A stretch of 64,000 nt of DNA, taken from an uncultured Eubacteriales bacterium (lineage in GTDB: Bacteria > Bacillota > Thermincolia > Thermincolales > CAZWUW01). The position numbers were made by a program, and so were the translations under genes. The stretch covers positions 378 to 64,377 of the forward strand of contig CAZWUW010000002.1 of NCBI GenBank assembly GCA_964636895.1, given 5' to 3'. Positions 11,034-20,703 of this stretch are shown here, in pieces. Each line of letters begins with the position of its first letter. Position 1 is the first letter of the stretch. The notes beneath the pieces were generated by a model. That model had not been told where the DNA came from. It worked only from the letters and a program-made list of their open reading frames with translations, and did not search any database.

Positions 11034-12248
11034 ATGAACGAGGTTGTGATTGCAAGTGCCGTAAGGACGCCGGTAGGCAGTTTTGGGGGGGGGTTAAGTA
11101 CGGTTTTAGCCGTTGACCTGGGCGCACTGGTAATTGCTGAAGCCATAAATAGAGCGGGGATTGTGCCCGGTCAGGTGGAGGAGGTTATCATGGGTAATGT
11201 GCTGCAGGCCGGTCTGGGCCAGAATCCGGCCCGCCAGGCGGCGGTTAAGGCGGGGCTTCCTTTCGAAGTGCCGGCCTGGACCCTTAACAAGGTTTGCGGC
11301 TCAGGATTGAAGGCTGTTAATACAGCTATGCAGATTATTGCGAGTGGTGACGCGGATATTGTTGTGGCAGGCGGTATGGAGAACATGAGCCAGGCCCCGT
11401 ACCTGCTTAAAAAAGCCCGAAACGGTTTTAGGATGGGTAATGAAAGTGTTGTGGACGAAATGATTAATGACGGTCTTTGGTGTGCATTTAATGACATTCA
11501 CATGGGGACAACGGCAGAGAATATTGCCGAACAATATCATATTAGCCGTGAGGAACAGGACAAATTTGCCTATGAGAGCCAGTTAAAGGCTGCCAAAGCT
11601 GCCGGTCAGGGCAAATTCCGGGCGGAAATCGTGTCTGTGCCGGTGCCTGGGAAAAAAGGTGAAGTCAGGTATGTGGAAAATGATGAATATATTCGTTTTG
11701 GCGTAAACCTTGAACAAATTGCTAAAGTGCGGTCGGCGTTCAAGGAAGGCGGCACTATAACCGCTGCCAATTCATCAGGGATCAATGACGGCGCAGCCGC
11801 CTTTGTCATCATGGGCCGGCAAAAAGCAGAAGAACTGGGCATCAAGCCGCTTGCGTTAATTAAAGCCCATGCCTCAGCCGGGGTGGATCCTTCCGTGATG
11901 GGGCTGGGTCCGGTGCCGGCTTCCCGCATAGCGCTGGACAAAGCTGGCCTAAGTGTTGCCGATATTGATCTGGTGGAAGCCAATGAGGCCTTTGCTTCCC
12001 AAGCGCTGGTGGTTTGCCGGGAATTGGGTTTTGATATGAGCAAGGTAAATGTTAACGGCGGCGCCATTGCTTTGGGACATCCTATAGGCGCCAGCGGTGC
12101 TCGGGTGTTGGTCACACTGCTGCATGAGCTTAAACTGACCAGTGGTCGCTATGGTTTGGCTACTCTTTGCATTGGCGGCGGTCAGGGTGTGGCGATGGTG
12201 GTGGAAAACCTGACAAGTCAATATGTTACTGCAAAAGCAGTCAGCTAG
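11034..12248 (+). CDS. acetyl-CoA C-acetyltransferase (thiolase)
   Basis: 404 aa with active-site regions [26 protein letters not shown] and CIGGGQG. Confidence 0.9.
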   Translation: MNEVVIASAVRTPVGSFGGGLSTVLAVDLGALVIAEAINRAGIVPGQVEEVIMGNVLQAGLGQNPARQAAVKAGLPFEVPAWTLNKVCGSGLKAVNTAMQIIASGDADIVVAGGMENMSQAPYLLKKARNGFRMGNESVVDEMINDGLWCAFNDIHMGTTAENIAEQYHISREEQDKFAYESQLKAAKAAGQGKFRAEIVSVPVPGKKGEVRYVENDEYIRFGVNLEQIAKVRSAFKEGGTITAANSSGINDGAAAFVIMGRQKAEELGIKPLALIKAHASAGVDPSVMGLGPVPASRIALDKAGLSVADIDLVEANEAFASQALVVCRELGFDMSKVNVNGGAIALGHPIGASGARVLVTLLHELKLTSGRYGLATLCIGGGQGVAMVVENLTSQYVTAKAVS

Positions 12249-12264
12249 AGAAGGGGTGTGGGTT

Positions 12265-12588
12265 ATGGGGACGCATAGTGATTTAACTTACCTTTGGCAT
12301 CTGTGTAAAGGTTTGAAGAGCAGAGCAGAATATATCCCCAATAACGTAGAAAGTCATTATCACATCAGCAGTAACCAGAAGAGCTCAGCCAAGAAGGCAA
12401 TTACCTGGTTGCTGTCTAAAGCCCCTCACACAGCTGAGGAAATTGCAGACCATTTTGAAATGTCACCGTGTTTAATTACTCATTTGCTGGAGGAGTTAAA
12501 GGACGCTAATTGTGTGATCAAAGAATCTGTGCGCTCAAACAGGTACATATTGAAAGAATTTAAACATAGGGAAGGTGAGGTATCGTGA
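12265..12588 (+). CDS. small hypothetical protein with putative winged-helix region
   Basis: Start moved to the ATG with GAAGGGG RBS (MGTHSDL...), giving 107 aa. The stop overlaps the next gene's GTG (GTGATAA). No family recognised. Confidence 0.35.
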   Translation: MGTHSDLTYLWHLCKGLKSRAEYIPNNVESHYHISSNQKSSAKKAITWLLSKAPHTAEEIADHFEMSPCLITHLLEELKDANCVIKESVRSNRYILKEFKHREGEVS

Positions 12589-13934
12589 TAAAGAAAGTCC
12601 TGATTGCTAACCGGGGGGAAATCGCTGCCAGGATAATGAAGACCTGCCGCAAGATGGGGATTAAAACAGTTGCTGTGTATTCTGATGCGGATGCAACAGC
12701 CCTGCATACAGGTATGGCTGATGAGGCTTACAATATCGGCCCGCCGCCGGTAGCCCAGAGTTATCTGAATATTAATCGCATAATAGAAATTGCCGGAGAA
12801 ACCGGTACTGATGCCATTCATCCTGGGTACGGGCTACTTTCTGAAAATCCGCAATTTGCTCGTCGTTGTGAGCAAGCCGGAATAATATTCATTGGGCCGG
12901 ACCCGGAAGTAATAGAAAAAATGGGCGGCAAAATCCAGGCCCGGGAAATCATGCGAGCAGCCGGGGTGCCGGTGGTGCCGGGTTATGAAGAAAGTATCAC
13001 CGATGTCGAGGAGGCCAAGGTTTCGGCAGCCAGGCTGGGTTATCCGGTTATGATAAAGGCCAGCGCCGGAGGCGGTGGTATCGGAATGCAGATTGTATAT
13101 AGTGATAATGAGTTGGCAGAAGCCATGAATATGTGCCAGGGCAGGGCCAAAGCATATTTCGGCGATGGCTCGGTGTATATGGAAAAATATATCGCTAACC
13201 CAAGGCATATTGAGGTGCAGGTGCTGGCAGATAAATACGGGAATGTGATTCACCTTTTTGAAAGAGAATGTTCAATCCAGCGGCGGCATCAAAAGGTTAT
13301 TGAGGAAGCCCCCTCTGTTTTTGTGGACCCCGAACTGCGGCAAAGGCTGGGGGAAGTGGCGGTGCGGGCTGCCAGCGCCATTAATTACAGCAATGCGGGC
13401 ACGGTAGAGTTCCTGATGGACCAGGATAAGAATTTCTACTTCCTAGAGATGAACACCAGGCTTCAGGTAGAGCACCCGATTACAGAGATAATTACCGGTT
13501 TTGACCTGGTCGAAGAGCAGATTCTCATTGCCGCCGGGAAACGATTGACCGGTGAATGCGGCAAAAGGGAAATTAGCGGCCATGCCATCGAATGCCGGAT
13601 TTATGCCGAAGACCCGCTGACCTTCCTGCCGGCACCGGGTAAAATTACCGGTCTGCAGCTGCCGGAAGGGGATAACGTGCGAAATGACTGCGGTGTTTGT
13701 GTGGGGTACAATGTAACTCCTTATTATGACCCCATGCTAGGTAAGCTTATCACCTGGGGGGCCACCCGGGATGAGGCCATTGTCAGGATGCTTAAGGCGC
13801 TAAAAGATTTTCAGATTGATGGGCTTAAGGTGAACATTCCGGCATTGATTGATATTTTATCACATCCGGAGTTTAAAGCTGGGAATATTCATACTAATTT
13901 CATTGAGCAAATATTAAAAAAGGGGGTTTCTTAA
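12585..13934 (+). CDS. biotin carboxylase subunit of an acyl-CoA (methylcrotonyl-CoA) carboxylase
   Basis: 449 aa. MIKKVLIANRGEIA N-terminus, ATP-grasp motifs (GGGGIGM, EMNTRLQVEHP). No fused BCCP domain. Confidence 0.9.
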   Translation: MIKKVLIANRGEIAARIMKTCRKMGIKTVAVYSDADATALHTGMADEAYNIGPPPVAQSYLNINRIIEIAGETGTDAIHPGYGLLSENPQFARRCEQAGIIFIGPDPEVIEKMGGKIQAREIMRAAGVPVVPGYEESITDVEEAKVSAARLGYPVMIKASAGGGGIGMQIVYSDNELAEAMNMCQGRAKAYFGDGSVYMEKYIANPRHIEVQVLADKYGNVIHLFERECSIQRRHQKVIEEAPSVFVDPELRQRLGEVAVRAASAINYSNAGTVEFLMDQDKNFYFLEMNTRLQVEHPITEIITGFDLVEEQILIAAGKRLTGECGKREISGHAIECRIYAEDPLTFLPAPGKITGLQLPEGDNVRNDCGVCVGYNVTPYYDPMLGKLITWGATRDEAIVRMLKALKDFQIDGLKVNIPALIDILSHPEFKAGNIHTNFIEQILKKGVS

Positions 13935-13935
13935 C

Positions 13936-14148
13936 ATGCAAGAGATTACTGCAAATATGGCCGGAATGGTGTTGAAACTATTGGTGAACCCAGGTGATGT
14001 GGTAAACAGTGGTCAGGACCTGGTAATTATTGAGTCCATGAAAATGGAAGTGCCTATATCAGCTATTAACGGTGGTACGGTGAAAGAGATGAAGGTAAAT
14101 ATCGGTGACTTTGTAAACGAGGGCGATCTCATGCTCGTAATTGAATAG
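13936..14148 (+). CDS. biotin carboxyl carrier protein (biotinyl domain)
   Basis: 70 aa with the biotinylation motif ESMKMEV. Confidence 0.85.
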   Translation: MQEITANMAGMVLKLLVNPGDVVNSGQDLVIIESMKMEVPISAINGGTVKEMKVNIGDFVNEGDLMLVIE

Positions 14149-15058
14149 CGGGGTGAAGACAGTGTTTGATGGACTGCCGCAAAGAGCAAAGATTGTTGAG
14201 GTGGGGATGCGGGATGGCCTCCAGAATGAAAAAGAATTCATCCAGACCAGGGAAAAAGTGCAGCTGATCAATATGCTTTCCCGGACTGGGCTAGAGCATA
14301 TTGAAATGACTTCCTTTGTCAGCCCCAAATGGATCCCTCAGCTGGCTGACAGCCTGGAGGTAGCTACCACGGTTAACCGTGAGGACGGGATTACATACAC
14401 GGCGCTGGTGCCAAACATTAAGGGACTGGATATTGCGAAGCGGGCAGACTTGCAGGAAATAGCCTTTTTTTTATCGGCCAGCGAAAGCCATAGCAAAAGA
14501 AATATCAACAAATCGGTTGAGGAAGCGCTGGCTGCCGGGGCAGATGTAATTAAAGCCGCGTTGTTGCATGGGATGGAGGTCAGAGTTTATCTTTCCACCG
14601 TTTTTGGATGTCCTTTTGACGGGCCGACAGACCGGCATAAAGTGTTGGAAATATGCCGAGAGCTTTTAAATCAGGGTGCCTATGAGGTATCCATCAGCGA
14701 TACCACTGGGGTGGCAAATCCCAGGCAGGTTGCTGAGGTAGTTTGCTTCCTGGCCGGCTATATTGGTTTAAAACAGCTTGCCGTACATTTCCACGATACC
14801 AGAGGCAGCGGTCTGGCTAATGCATTAGTTGCCCTACAGTGCGGGGTGACTACTTTTGACAGCAGTTTCGGGGGTTTGGGGGGCTGTCCCTTTGCTCCCG
14901 GTGCGTCGGGAAATATCGCTACAGAAGATTTGATTTATATGTTTCACAGTATGGGCGTGGAAACCGGAGTTGACCTTAATAAACTGGCTGAGTGCAGTAA
15001 ATATGCCCAACGCTTGCTTGGTCGCACATTACCTGGCAAATACCTGCAGACCTGTTAG
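14141..15058 (+). CDS. hydroxymethylglutaryl-CoA lyase
   Basis: Motifs VEVGMRDGLQNE, HFHDTRG, GGLGGCPFAPGASGN. The exact start is uncertain (TTG at 14141 or a GTG shortly downstream). Confidence 0.85.
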   Translation: MNSGVKTVFDGLPQRAKIVEVGMRDGLQNEKEFIQTREKVQLINMLSRTGLEHIEMTSFVSPKWIPQLADSLEVATTVNREDGITYTALVPNIKGLDIAKRADLQEIAFFLSASESHSKRNINKSVEEALAAGADVIKAALLHGMEVRVYLSTVFGCPFDGPTDRHKVLEICRELLNQGAYEVSISDTTGVANPRQVAEVVCFLAGYIGLKQLAVHFHDTRGSGLANALVALQCGVTTFDSSFGGLGGCPFAPGASGNIATEDLIYMFHSMGVETGVDLNKLAECSKYAQRLLGRTLPGKYLQTC

Positions 15059-15080
15059 GTTGTGAGGAGGTGAATGTTTG

Positions 15081-15860
15081 ATGCATGAAGGGCTACTTGT
15101 TGATTACCGGGGCTATACTTGCCTGATTACCCTAAACCGTCCTGAGCAGATGAACTCCCTAAATTTTCCCACATTGCTGGCATTGCAAAAACTTGTCCGG
15201 GAAATCCGCTTTAATCCTCAGGTCAGGACGGTAATTATTACCGGGGCCGGCGCTAAGGCCTTTTCAGCCGGGGCTGATTTAAAGGAGCGGGCCGGCATGA
15301 GCCAGCTGCAAGTGAAGGAGTTTATCCATACCATTCGCAATACATTTACGGATATAGAAAACTTGCCGGTACCAGTTATCGCTGCAGTAAATGGCATAGC
15401 TCTGGGCGGGGGCACGGAGTTGGCTCTGGCCTGTGATATCAGGCTTGCCGGTGAAGCAGTGGTCATGGGTCTGACCGAAGTAACGCTGGGAGTAATCCCG
15501 GGTGCAGGGGGGACGCAGAGATTGGCGAGGCTGGTAGGCAAAGGCTTGGCTAAAGAGCTTATTCTTACCGGGCAGCGGGTTAATGCTGTCAAAGCGCTGG
15601 AAATTGGCTTGGTTAACCGAGTAATGGCTACGGATACGTTGCTGGACACAGCATTGGAAATGGCGGAACAGATTAATGAAAATGCTCCCATTGCTGTGCA
15701 ACAGGCCAAGTTTGCTATTAATCAGGGTACTGGAGTAGATTTACAAACCGGTCTTAGCATTGAAACCAAGGCGTATGAAATATGCTTGTCTACTCAAGAC
15801 CGATTGGAAGGCCTTGCGGCTTTTAGGGAAAAACGCAAACCACAATATAAGGGGGAATAA
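15081..15860 (+). CDS. enoyl-CoA hydratase (methylglutaconyl-CoA hydratase-like crotonase)
   Basis: Crotonase fold motifs (FSAGADLKE, VNGIALGGGTELALACD). ATG at 15081 follows a GAGGAGG RBS. Confidence 0.85.
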   Translation: MHEGLLVDYRGYTCLITLNRPEQMNSLNFPTLLALQKLVREIRFNPQVRTVIITGAGAKAFSAGADLKERAGMSQLQVKEFIHTIRNTFTDIENLPVPVIAAVNGIALGGGTELALACDIRLAGEAVVMGLTEVTLGVIPGAGGTQRLARLVGKGLAKELILTGQRVNAVKALEIGLVNRVMATDTLLDTALEMAEQINENAPIAVQQAKFAINQGTGVDLQTGLSIETKAYEICLSTQDRLEGLAAFREKRKPQYKGE

Positions 15861-15862
15861 GA

Positions 15863-17431
15863 ATGGCCATCAAAGAAGAGGTCCTTGCCATAGATGAAGA
15901 ACCTAAGACCATTAATGAAATACTGCTGGAAAGGCTGACCGAGGTTAAGCAAGGCGGTGCTGAGAAATACCACAAAAGCGCCAAAGAAGATGGTAAACTT
16001 TTTGTTCGCGAACGTTTGAAGCTATTGTTGGATGAAAACATAGAATGCGAGGACGGCCTATGGGCTAATTGGCTGGCCGGTAACCTGCCGGCAGACGGGG
16101 TTGTTTGCGGTACAGGGACTATAAACGGTCAGAAGGTCTGCTTTATGGCCAATGACTCTACGGTCAAGGCCGGTTCCTGGGGTTGGCGGACGGTGGAAAA
16201 AATCATCCGTATTCAGGAAACCGCACTCAAGCTGAAGGTGCCAATGTTGTATGTGGTGGATTCCGCCGGGGCGAGAATTACCGACCAGATTGAAATGTTT
16301 CCTGGTCGCCGGGGGGCCGGTCGAATTTTCTATAATCAGGTCAAAATGTCCGGGCATATCCCCCAAGTGTGTTTGCTTTTTGGTCCGTCAGCTGCAGGCG
16401 GCGCATATATCCCTGCATTTTGTGACATCGTCATTATGGTTGAGAAAAACGCCAGTATGTACTTAGGCTCACCGCGGATGGCGGAGATGGTCATCGGCGA
16501 AAAAGTCAGTCTGGAGGAGATGGGTGGCGCTAGGATGCACTGCAGTATAAGCGGCTGTGGTGATGTGCTAGCTCAAACTGAGGAAGAAGCGATTAGTTTG
16601 GCTAGGAAATACCTGAGCTATTTCCCGCCTAATTTTAAAAACCTGCCTGTTTTGATAAAGGCAAAACTGCCGGTGCCTGGACGTAGCCTGGAGGAAATCG
16701 TACCGCTAGATCAGAACACAGCTTTTGATATGTATGAATTTATCAACCGATTGATTGATGAAGGCAGTTTTTTTGAGATGAAAAAGCTTTTTGCCCAGGA
16801 AATTGTTACCGGCTTTGCCCGTATCGGTGGCCGGGCTGTGGGTATTTTGGCCAATCAGCCCAGGGTAAAGGGTGGGGTGTTGTTTGTTGATTCAGCCGAT
16901 AAGGCTACCAGGTTTATTACCCTTTGTGACGCCTTTAATATCCCGCTCCTGTTTCTGATGGATGTGCCCGGTTTTATGATTGGTACTAAAGTTGAGCGTG
17001 CAGGCATTATCAGGCACGGCGCCAAGCTAATTTGTGCCATGTCCGAGGCTACAGTGCCTAAGATTTCTGTAGTTGTTCGAAAGGCCTATGGTGCCGGCTT
17101 ATACGCTATGTGCGGTCCGGCTTTTGAACCTGATTGCTGCCTGGCTTTGCCTACGGCGCAGATTGCCGTAATGGGTCCGGAGGCCGCTGTCAATGCCGTA
17201 TATAATAATAAGATCATGGCTTTGGAAGAACCGGAAAGGTCGGCATTTGTCGAGGAAAAGCGTCAGGAATACAGGGAGGATATAGATATTTACCGCTTAG
17301 CCTCGGAATTGGTTATTGATGGAGTGGTGCCGGCCAATAATTTGCGCGCAGAGCTTATTACCCGGTATGCTTCTTATGCCTCAAAGGAAATGGTTTTTTC
17401 GGAACGAAAACATGCAGTAACACCGGTATGA
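15863..17431 (+). CDS. acyl-CoA carboxylase carboxyltransferase (beta) subunit, methylcrotonyl-CoA carboxylase-like
   Basis: 522 aa carboxyltransferase (DSAGARI, PQVCLLFGPSAAGGAYIPA, VVVRKAYGAGLYAM). Confidence 0.85.
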   Translation: MAIKEEVLAIDEEPKTINEILLERLTEVKQGGAEKYHKSAKEDGKLFVRERLKLLLDENIECEDGLWANWLAGNLPADGVVCGTGTINGQKVCFMANDSTVKAGSWGWRTVEKIIRIQETALKLKVPMLYVVDSAGARITDQIEMFPGRRGAGRIFYNQVKMSGHIPQVCLLFGPSAAGGAYIPAFCDIVIMVEKNASMYLGSPRMAEMVIGEKVSLEEMGGARMHCSISGCGDVLAQTEEEAISLARKYLSYFPPNFKNLPVLIKAKLPVPGRSLEEIVPLDQNTAFDMYEFINRLIDEGSFFEMKKLFAQEIVTGFARIGGRAVGILANQPRVKGGVLFVDSADKATRFITLCDAFNIPLLFLMDVPGFMIGTKVERAGIIRHGAKLICAMSEATVPKISVVVRKAYGAGLYAMCGPAFEPDCCLALPTAQIAVMGPEAAVNAVYNNKIMALEEPERSAFVEEKRQEYREDIDIYRLASELVIDGVVPANNLRAELITRYASYASKEMVFSERKHAVTPV

Positions 17432-17459
17432 AAATTATTCCAATTGGAGGTAGGCCAAT

Positions 17460-17972
17460 ATGGAAAGCATTAAGGACTTGAGTCGGGAAGAATTATTGGC
17501 TTTTGTTGTAGATATGTCTAAGCGCTGGCTGGCTCACGACGGTCTATGGTTCCAAGCGGCCGAAGAAAAATATGGTATGGAGGCAGCAGTTGAACTTGAC
17601 CGCATGGCCTGGGAGAAATTTACCGTAATAGAGGCAAGTCGGATTATGAAATTTCTTGGCATGCCCAATGACGGCGGTTTACCATCTTTGGCTAAGGCAC
17701 TGCAGTTTAGATTGTACTCTGCGATAAATGAGCAAGAAATAGTTTGGGTTAATCATAACAAGCTGGTTTTTCGGATGAACAACTGTCGGGTGCAGGCGGC
17801 CCGCAAGAGAAAAGAAATGCCGGAATTTCCCTGCAAGTCTGTGGGCATCGTGGAATACAGCGGTTTTGCCAGGACTATTGACCCTAGAATAAAAACTAAA
17901 TGCATCACCTGCCCCCCTGACGAGCACCCTAATGAATATTATTGTGCATGGGAATTTACTTTAGAAGAATAA
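17460..17972 (+). CDS. conserved cytosolic protein of unknown function (possibly DUF6125-like)
   Basis: 170 aa with good RBS (GGAGGTAGG); last gene before a strong terminator. Family assignment is from memory only. Confidence 0.35.
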   Translation: MESIKDLSREELLAFVVDMSKRWLAHDGLWFQAAEEKYGMEAAVELDRMAWEKFTVIEASRIMKFLGMPNDGGLPSLAKALQFRLYSAINEQEIVWVNHNKLVFRMNNCRVQAARKRKEMPEFPCKSVGIVEYSGFARTIDPRIKTKCITCPPDEHPNEYYCAWEFTLEE

Positions 17973-17990
17973 TGTTTGTTTTATGTTAGA

Positions 17991-18026
17991 AAATATCCCC
18001 TGGTCTGCTCCGGGGGATATTTTTTG
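17991..18026 (+). terminator. intrinsic terminator ending the catabolic operon
   Basis: AAATATCCCC-loop-GGGGATATTTTTT. Confidence 0.75.
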
Positions 18027-18368
18027 TGCTTTATTACTTTACATCCCTCAAACGTCAAATGAAGGTAATTTATATTACCAAACCCTTGATTTGCATGGAT
18101 TTTAGTACATATTGATTTCCCCCAATGGTATTTAATTAACGGTAACGAAAAAATGACTGTAAATACTTAAAATTGGCCAAAGAGAGCCAAAATTCGGCTA
18201 TTGGCCATATTTTATTGCGATATACTATGCTATTGTGTAGTATGTAACTTAAGTATTTATTGGCGTAAGTACAAAAATGAATTAAGGGGGGCGGTATAGC
18301 TCAGGATCAAAAAGTATAGCAAGAAAAATATTATTAAAGCAATAATTTACCAAAGGAGGTTTAAAGAA

Positions 18369-18707
18369 ATGTCAAATTCTATTGTAGGAACTACCCGTTA
18401 TGAAAAGTTAGCCCCTCTTGATGAAAAAACCAGAGCAATTATGCGTGATGAGTTCAAAGTTAGCTGTAAATTAACGGTGATTTATTTTATTTTTTTACTT
18501 ATGGTGCCAATTCTTAATTGGAACGTGCCTAAGCTAATGAAGATGAAACTTTGGGCCGGAATGTCGCTAACATGGTTTCTTTCTTCTATTGTAGCTATGT
18601 TATTAGCTTTTATTGTAGCTGCGCTACATGTTTATTTCTTTCAAAAACGTTTCGTGCAGATTGCTCCAGAGAACGTGGCGGATAGCATTGCAAAGGGGGG
18701 TCATTGA
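18369..18707 (+). CDS. small two-TM membrane protein (DUF485/YjcH-like) preceding a symporter
   Basis: 112 aa with two hydrophobic segments. ATGA overlap with the downstream SSS transporter gene, the arrangement known for yjcH-actP. Confidence 0.55.
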   Translation: MSNSIVGTTRYEKLAPLDEKTRAIMRDEFKVSCKLTVIYFIFLLMVPILNWNVPKLMKMKLWAGMSLTWFLSSIVAMLLAFIVAALHVYFFQKRFVQIAPENVADSIAKGGH

Positions 18708-20278
18708 TGGAAATCTTTACTCCAAAATACATTTTCACTTTGCTGCTGCTACTAAGTATCGTATGGATTACGTATGCAACTAAAAAATATTCAACTACAA
18801 CTGTTGACTACTGGGTTGGTGGCCGGAGCTTTGGTTGGGTGGTTAATGGCTCTGCTATTGCCGGAGATTATTTAAGTGCCGCCACATTTTTGGGATTGGC
18901 CGGACTTACGTTCTCGCTTGGGTATGACGGAATTTTCTATACCTTTTGTTTTTCCGTCGGCTTAACTCTCCTAGCTTTGTTTGTGGCAGGGCCACTGCGC
19001 AGATTCGGTGCTTTTACGGTGGCAGATTTCTTAGCTCAGCGTTTTCATAGTTCTCGTGCTCGACTTATCGCAGTAATCGTAGTTTTGGCTATTTCCGGGT
19101 TCTATGCAGCACCGCAGCTTTTAGGTGCGGCAACTATACTGAAGTTGTTTTTCGGTACCAGCTACCAGTTTGGTGTTATCTTTACTGTTACAATAATGGT
19201 TTTTTACGTTGGGATTGGCGGTATGAAGGGAACTACGATTAACCAGGCCCTGGAAATATGGATACGGTTTGGTGCTTTCATAGTAATGTTTGCCATGGCC
19301 ATTTATTTTGGCTTTAATTACGGCAAGATTTTGGAACTTATCAATAATTGGACGGGAATAGTTCCAGGCACCGGTGCTTATACTCCGGATGGTAAAGATG
19401 TGATCGTTGACGGAACCGTATGGAGTTATACCGGTACCATGTTTAAGGACCTCGCTGGCTCTCTATCTATGTTAATAGGCTTGGCTTTTGGTACAATTGG
19501 TTTGCCGCATATTTTGCTTCGTTTTTATACCAACCCGTCAGCTAAGGATGCACGCTATTCAGCTCTTTTTGCTATCGGTATTTCCAGCCTTTTCTTTATG
19601 CTGGCGTTGTATCTTGGGACGGCAGGCAAGTACGTTTTCCTGACCGGCGCTCAAAATGGCACACTTACCCCGGAAATTCTTAAAGCTATGACGATTGGCG
19701 GGAATAATATGGTGATTCCTTCCTTAGCGGAAGCTTTAGGGGGACAGTGGTTATTAGGCTTCGTAATTGCCGGTGCTTTTGCGGCTATTTTCTCCAATGT
19801 ATCAGGATTGTTTATCGCCAGTTCCGGTGCTTTGGGGCACGACCTTTACACACATTTCATTAATCCCAACAGCAATAACAAACAACGGATGAGAGCCGCT
19901 AAAATCGCCAGCGTTATTTGCGGTTTGCTGTACGGAGCTTTGGGCTTGATGGTGGAAAATGCCAGCATTGGCCAATTGGTAGGGTTAGCCTTTAATGTCG
20001 CAGCCAGTACTTTTGCTCCAATTTTTATATTGGGCATTTGGTGGCGGGGGATGACTGAGAAAGGTGCCATAGCAGGTTTGACAGTTGGTCTTATTTCCTC
20101 GTTGTATATGATTTTCTTTAAGGAGACCCTGCCGCCGGCCATTCAATTCACGATCCCGGGACTTATTACCGTACCACTTGGGTTTTTCACGGTTTGGTTG
20201 GTTTCTAAATTGGATGGTAATGTACCGGCAGATGTAAACGAGTTTATGCATAAGGTGCATTCTAAGGAATGTGTTTAG
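18704..20278 (+). CDS. sodium:solute symporter family transporter (ActP-like cation/carboxylate symporter)
   Basis: 524 aa polytopic membrane protein paired with a DUF485-like gene. Confidence 0.75.
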   Translation: MMEIFTPKYIFTLLLLLSIVWITYATKKYSTTTVDYWVGGRSFGWVVNGSAIAGDYLSAATFLGLAGLTFSLGYDGIFYTFCFSVGLTLLALFVAGPLRRFGAFTVADFLAQRFHSSRARLIAVIVVLAISGFYAAPQLLGAATILKLFFGTSYQFGVIFTVTIMVFYVGIGGMKGTTINQALEIWIRFGAFIVMFAMAIYFGFNYGKILELINNWTGIVPGTGAYTPDGKDVIVDGTVWSYTGTMFKDLAGSLSMLIGLAFGTIGLPHILLRFYTNPSAKDARYSALFAIGISSLFFMLALYLGTAGKYVFLTGAQNGTLTPEILKAMTIGGNNMVIPSLAEALGGQWLLGFVIAGAFAAIFSNVSGLFIASSGALGHDLYTHFINPNSNNKQRMRAAKIASVICGLLYGALGLMVENASIGQLVGLAFNVAASTFAPIFILGIWWRGMTEKGAIAGLTVGLISSLYMIFFKETLPPAIQFTIPGLITVPLGFFTVWLVSKLDGNVPADVNEFMHKVHSKECV

Positions 20279-20287
20279 ATATGATAA

Positions 20288-20315
20288 TCAAGGCCGCGGG
20301 CCTTGATTTTTTTTG
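20288..20315 (+). terminator. intrinsic terminator
   Basis: TCAAGGCC-gcg-GGCCTTGA followed by TTTTTTTT. Confidence 0.8.
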
Positions 20316-20317
20316 AT

Positions 20318-20546
20318 GTTAAGGAAATTATGCTTTTTTCAAGCTGTGGATAATTTCCTTAACATAGGGGTTATAGGGGGTATGCCCCCTATGCTTCGGG
20401 GGTAACAGGAGCGAAGCGACGTCATAGGGGGCTGGCCCCCTTTGAACAAGAAAATTGACATCGAAGAATAAGTTGACGAAGTCAATTTTCTTGTGGTGCG
20501 GTAAATGCGCCAATCATTATTTGCACCACTTCGACCAGAGGTGCAA
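20318..20546. other. cluster of six consecutive stem-loops (unassigned structured region)
   Basis: Perfect inverted repeats at 20318-31/20350-63 (14 bp), 20373-80/20385-92 (8 bp), 20393-98/20412-17 (6 bp), 20426-31/20436-41 (6 bp), 20448-59/20481-92 (12 bp) and 20521-27/20540-46 (7 bp). Confidence 0.6.
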
Positions 20547-20703
20547 TCTCTGCTGATCAGATCATTGCTCCTCGGCAAATCAGTTCCAGGCCCAGTCGGG
20601 GATTATTTTCTACTCATATCACCGCCAAAACATAGCGAAACAAGCAGGAATTCTGCCTTATTTCGCCGAAAATAGTGACATTACTGAATGCAGGTGGTGG
20701 CCT

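Noticed and set aside
10499-11146. A 215-aa minus-strand ORF spanning the Fe-S oxidoreductase / thiolase junction.
   Set aside because: It is entirely antisense to two well-supported plus-strand genes and has no RBS or motifs.
18201-18219. Sigma-54-like TTGGCC...TTGCG motif upstream of the symporter operon.
   Set aside because: The GG-to-GC spacing is 12 nt instead of the required 10, so it does not fit a -24/-12 promoter.
20328-20578. 61-aa and 79-aa minus-strand ORFs in the hairpin-rich spacer.
   Set aside because: The sequence is dominated by inverted repeats, which generate spurious ORFs. There are no RBSs or protein motifs. The region is treated as non-coding structure instead.
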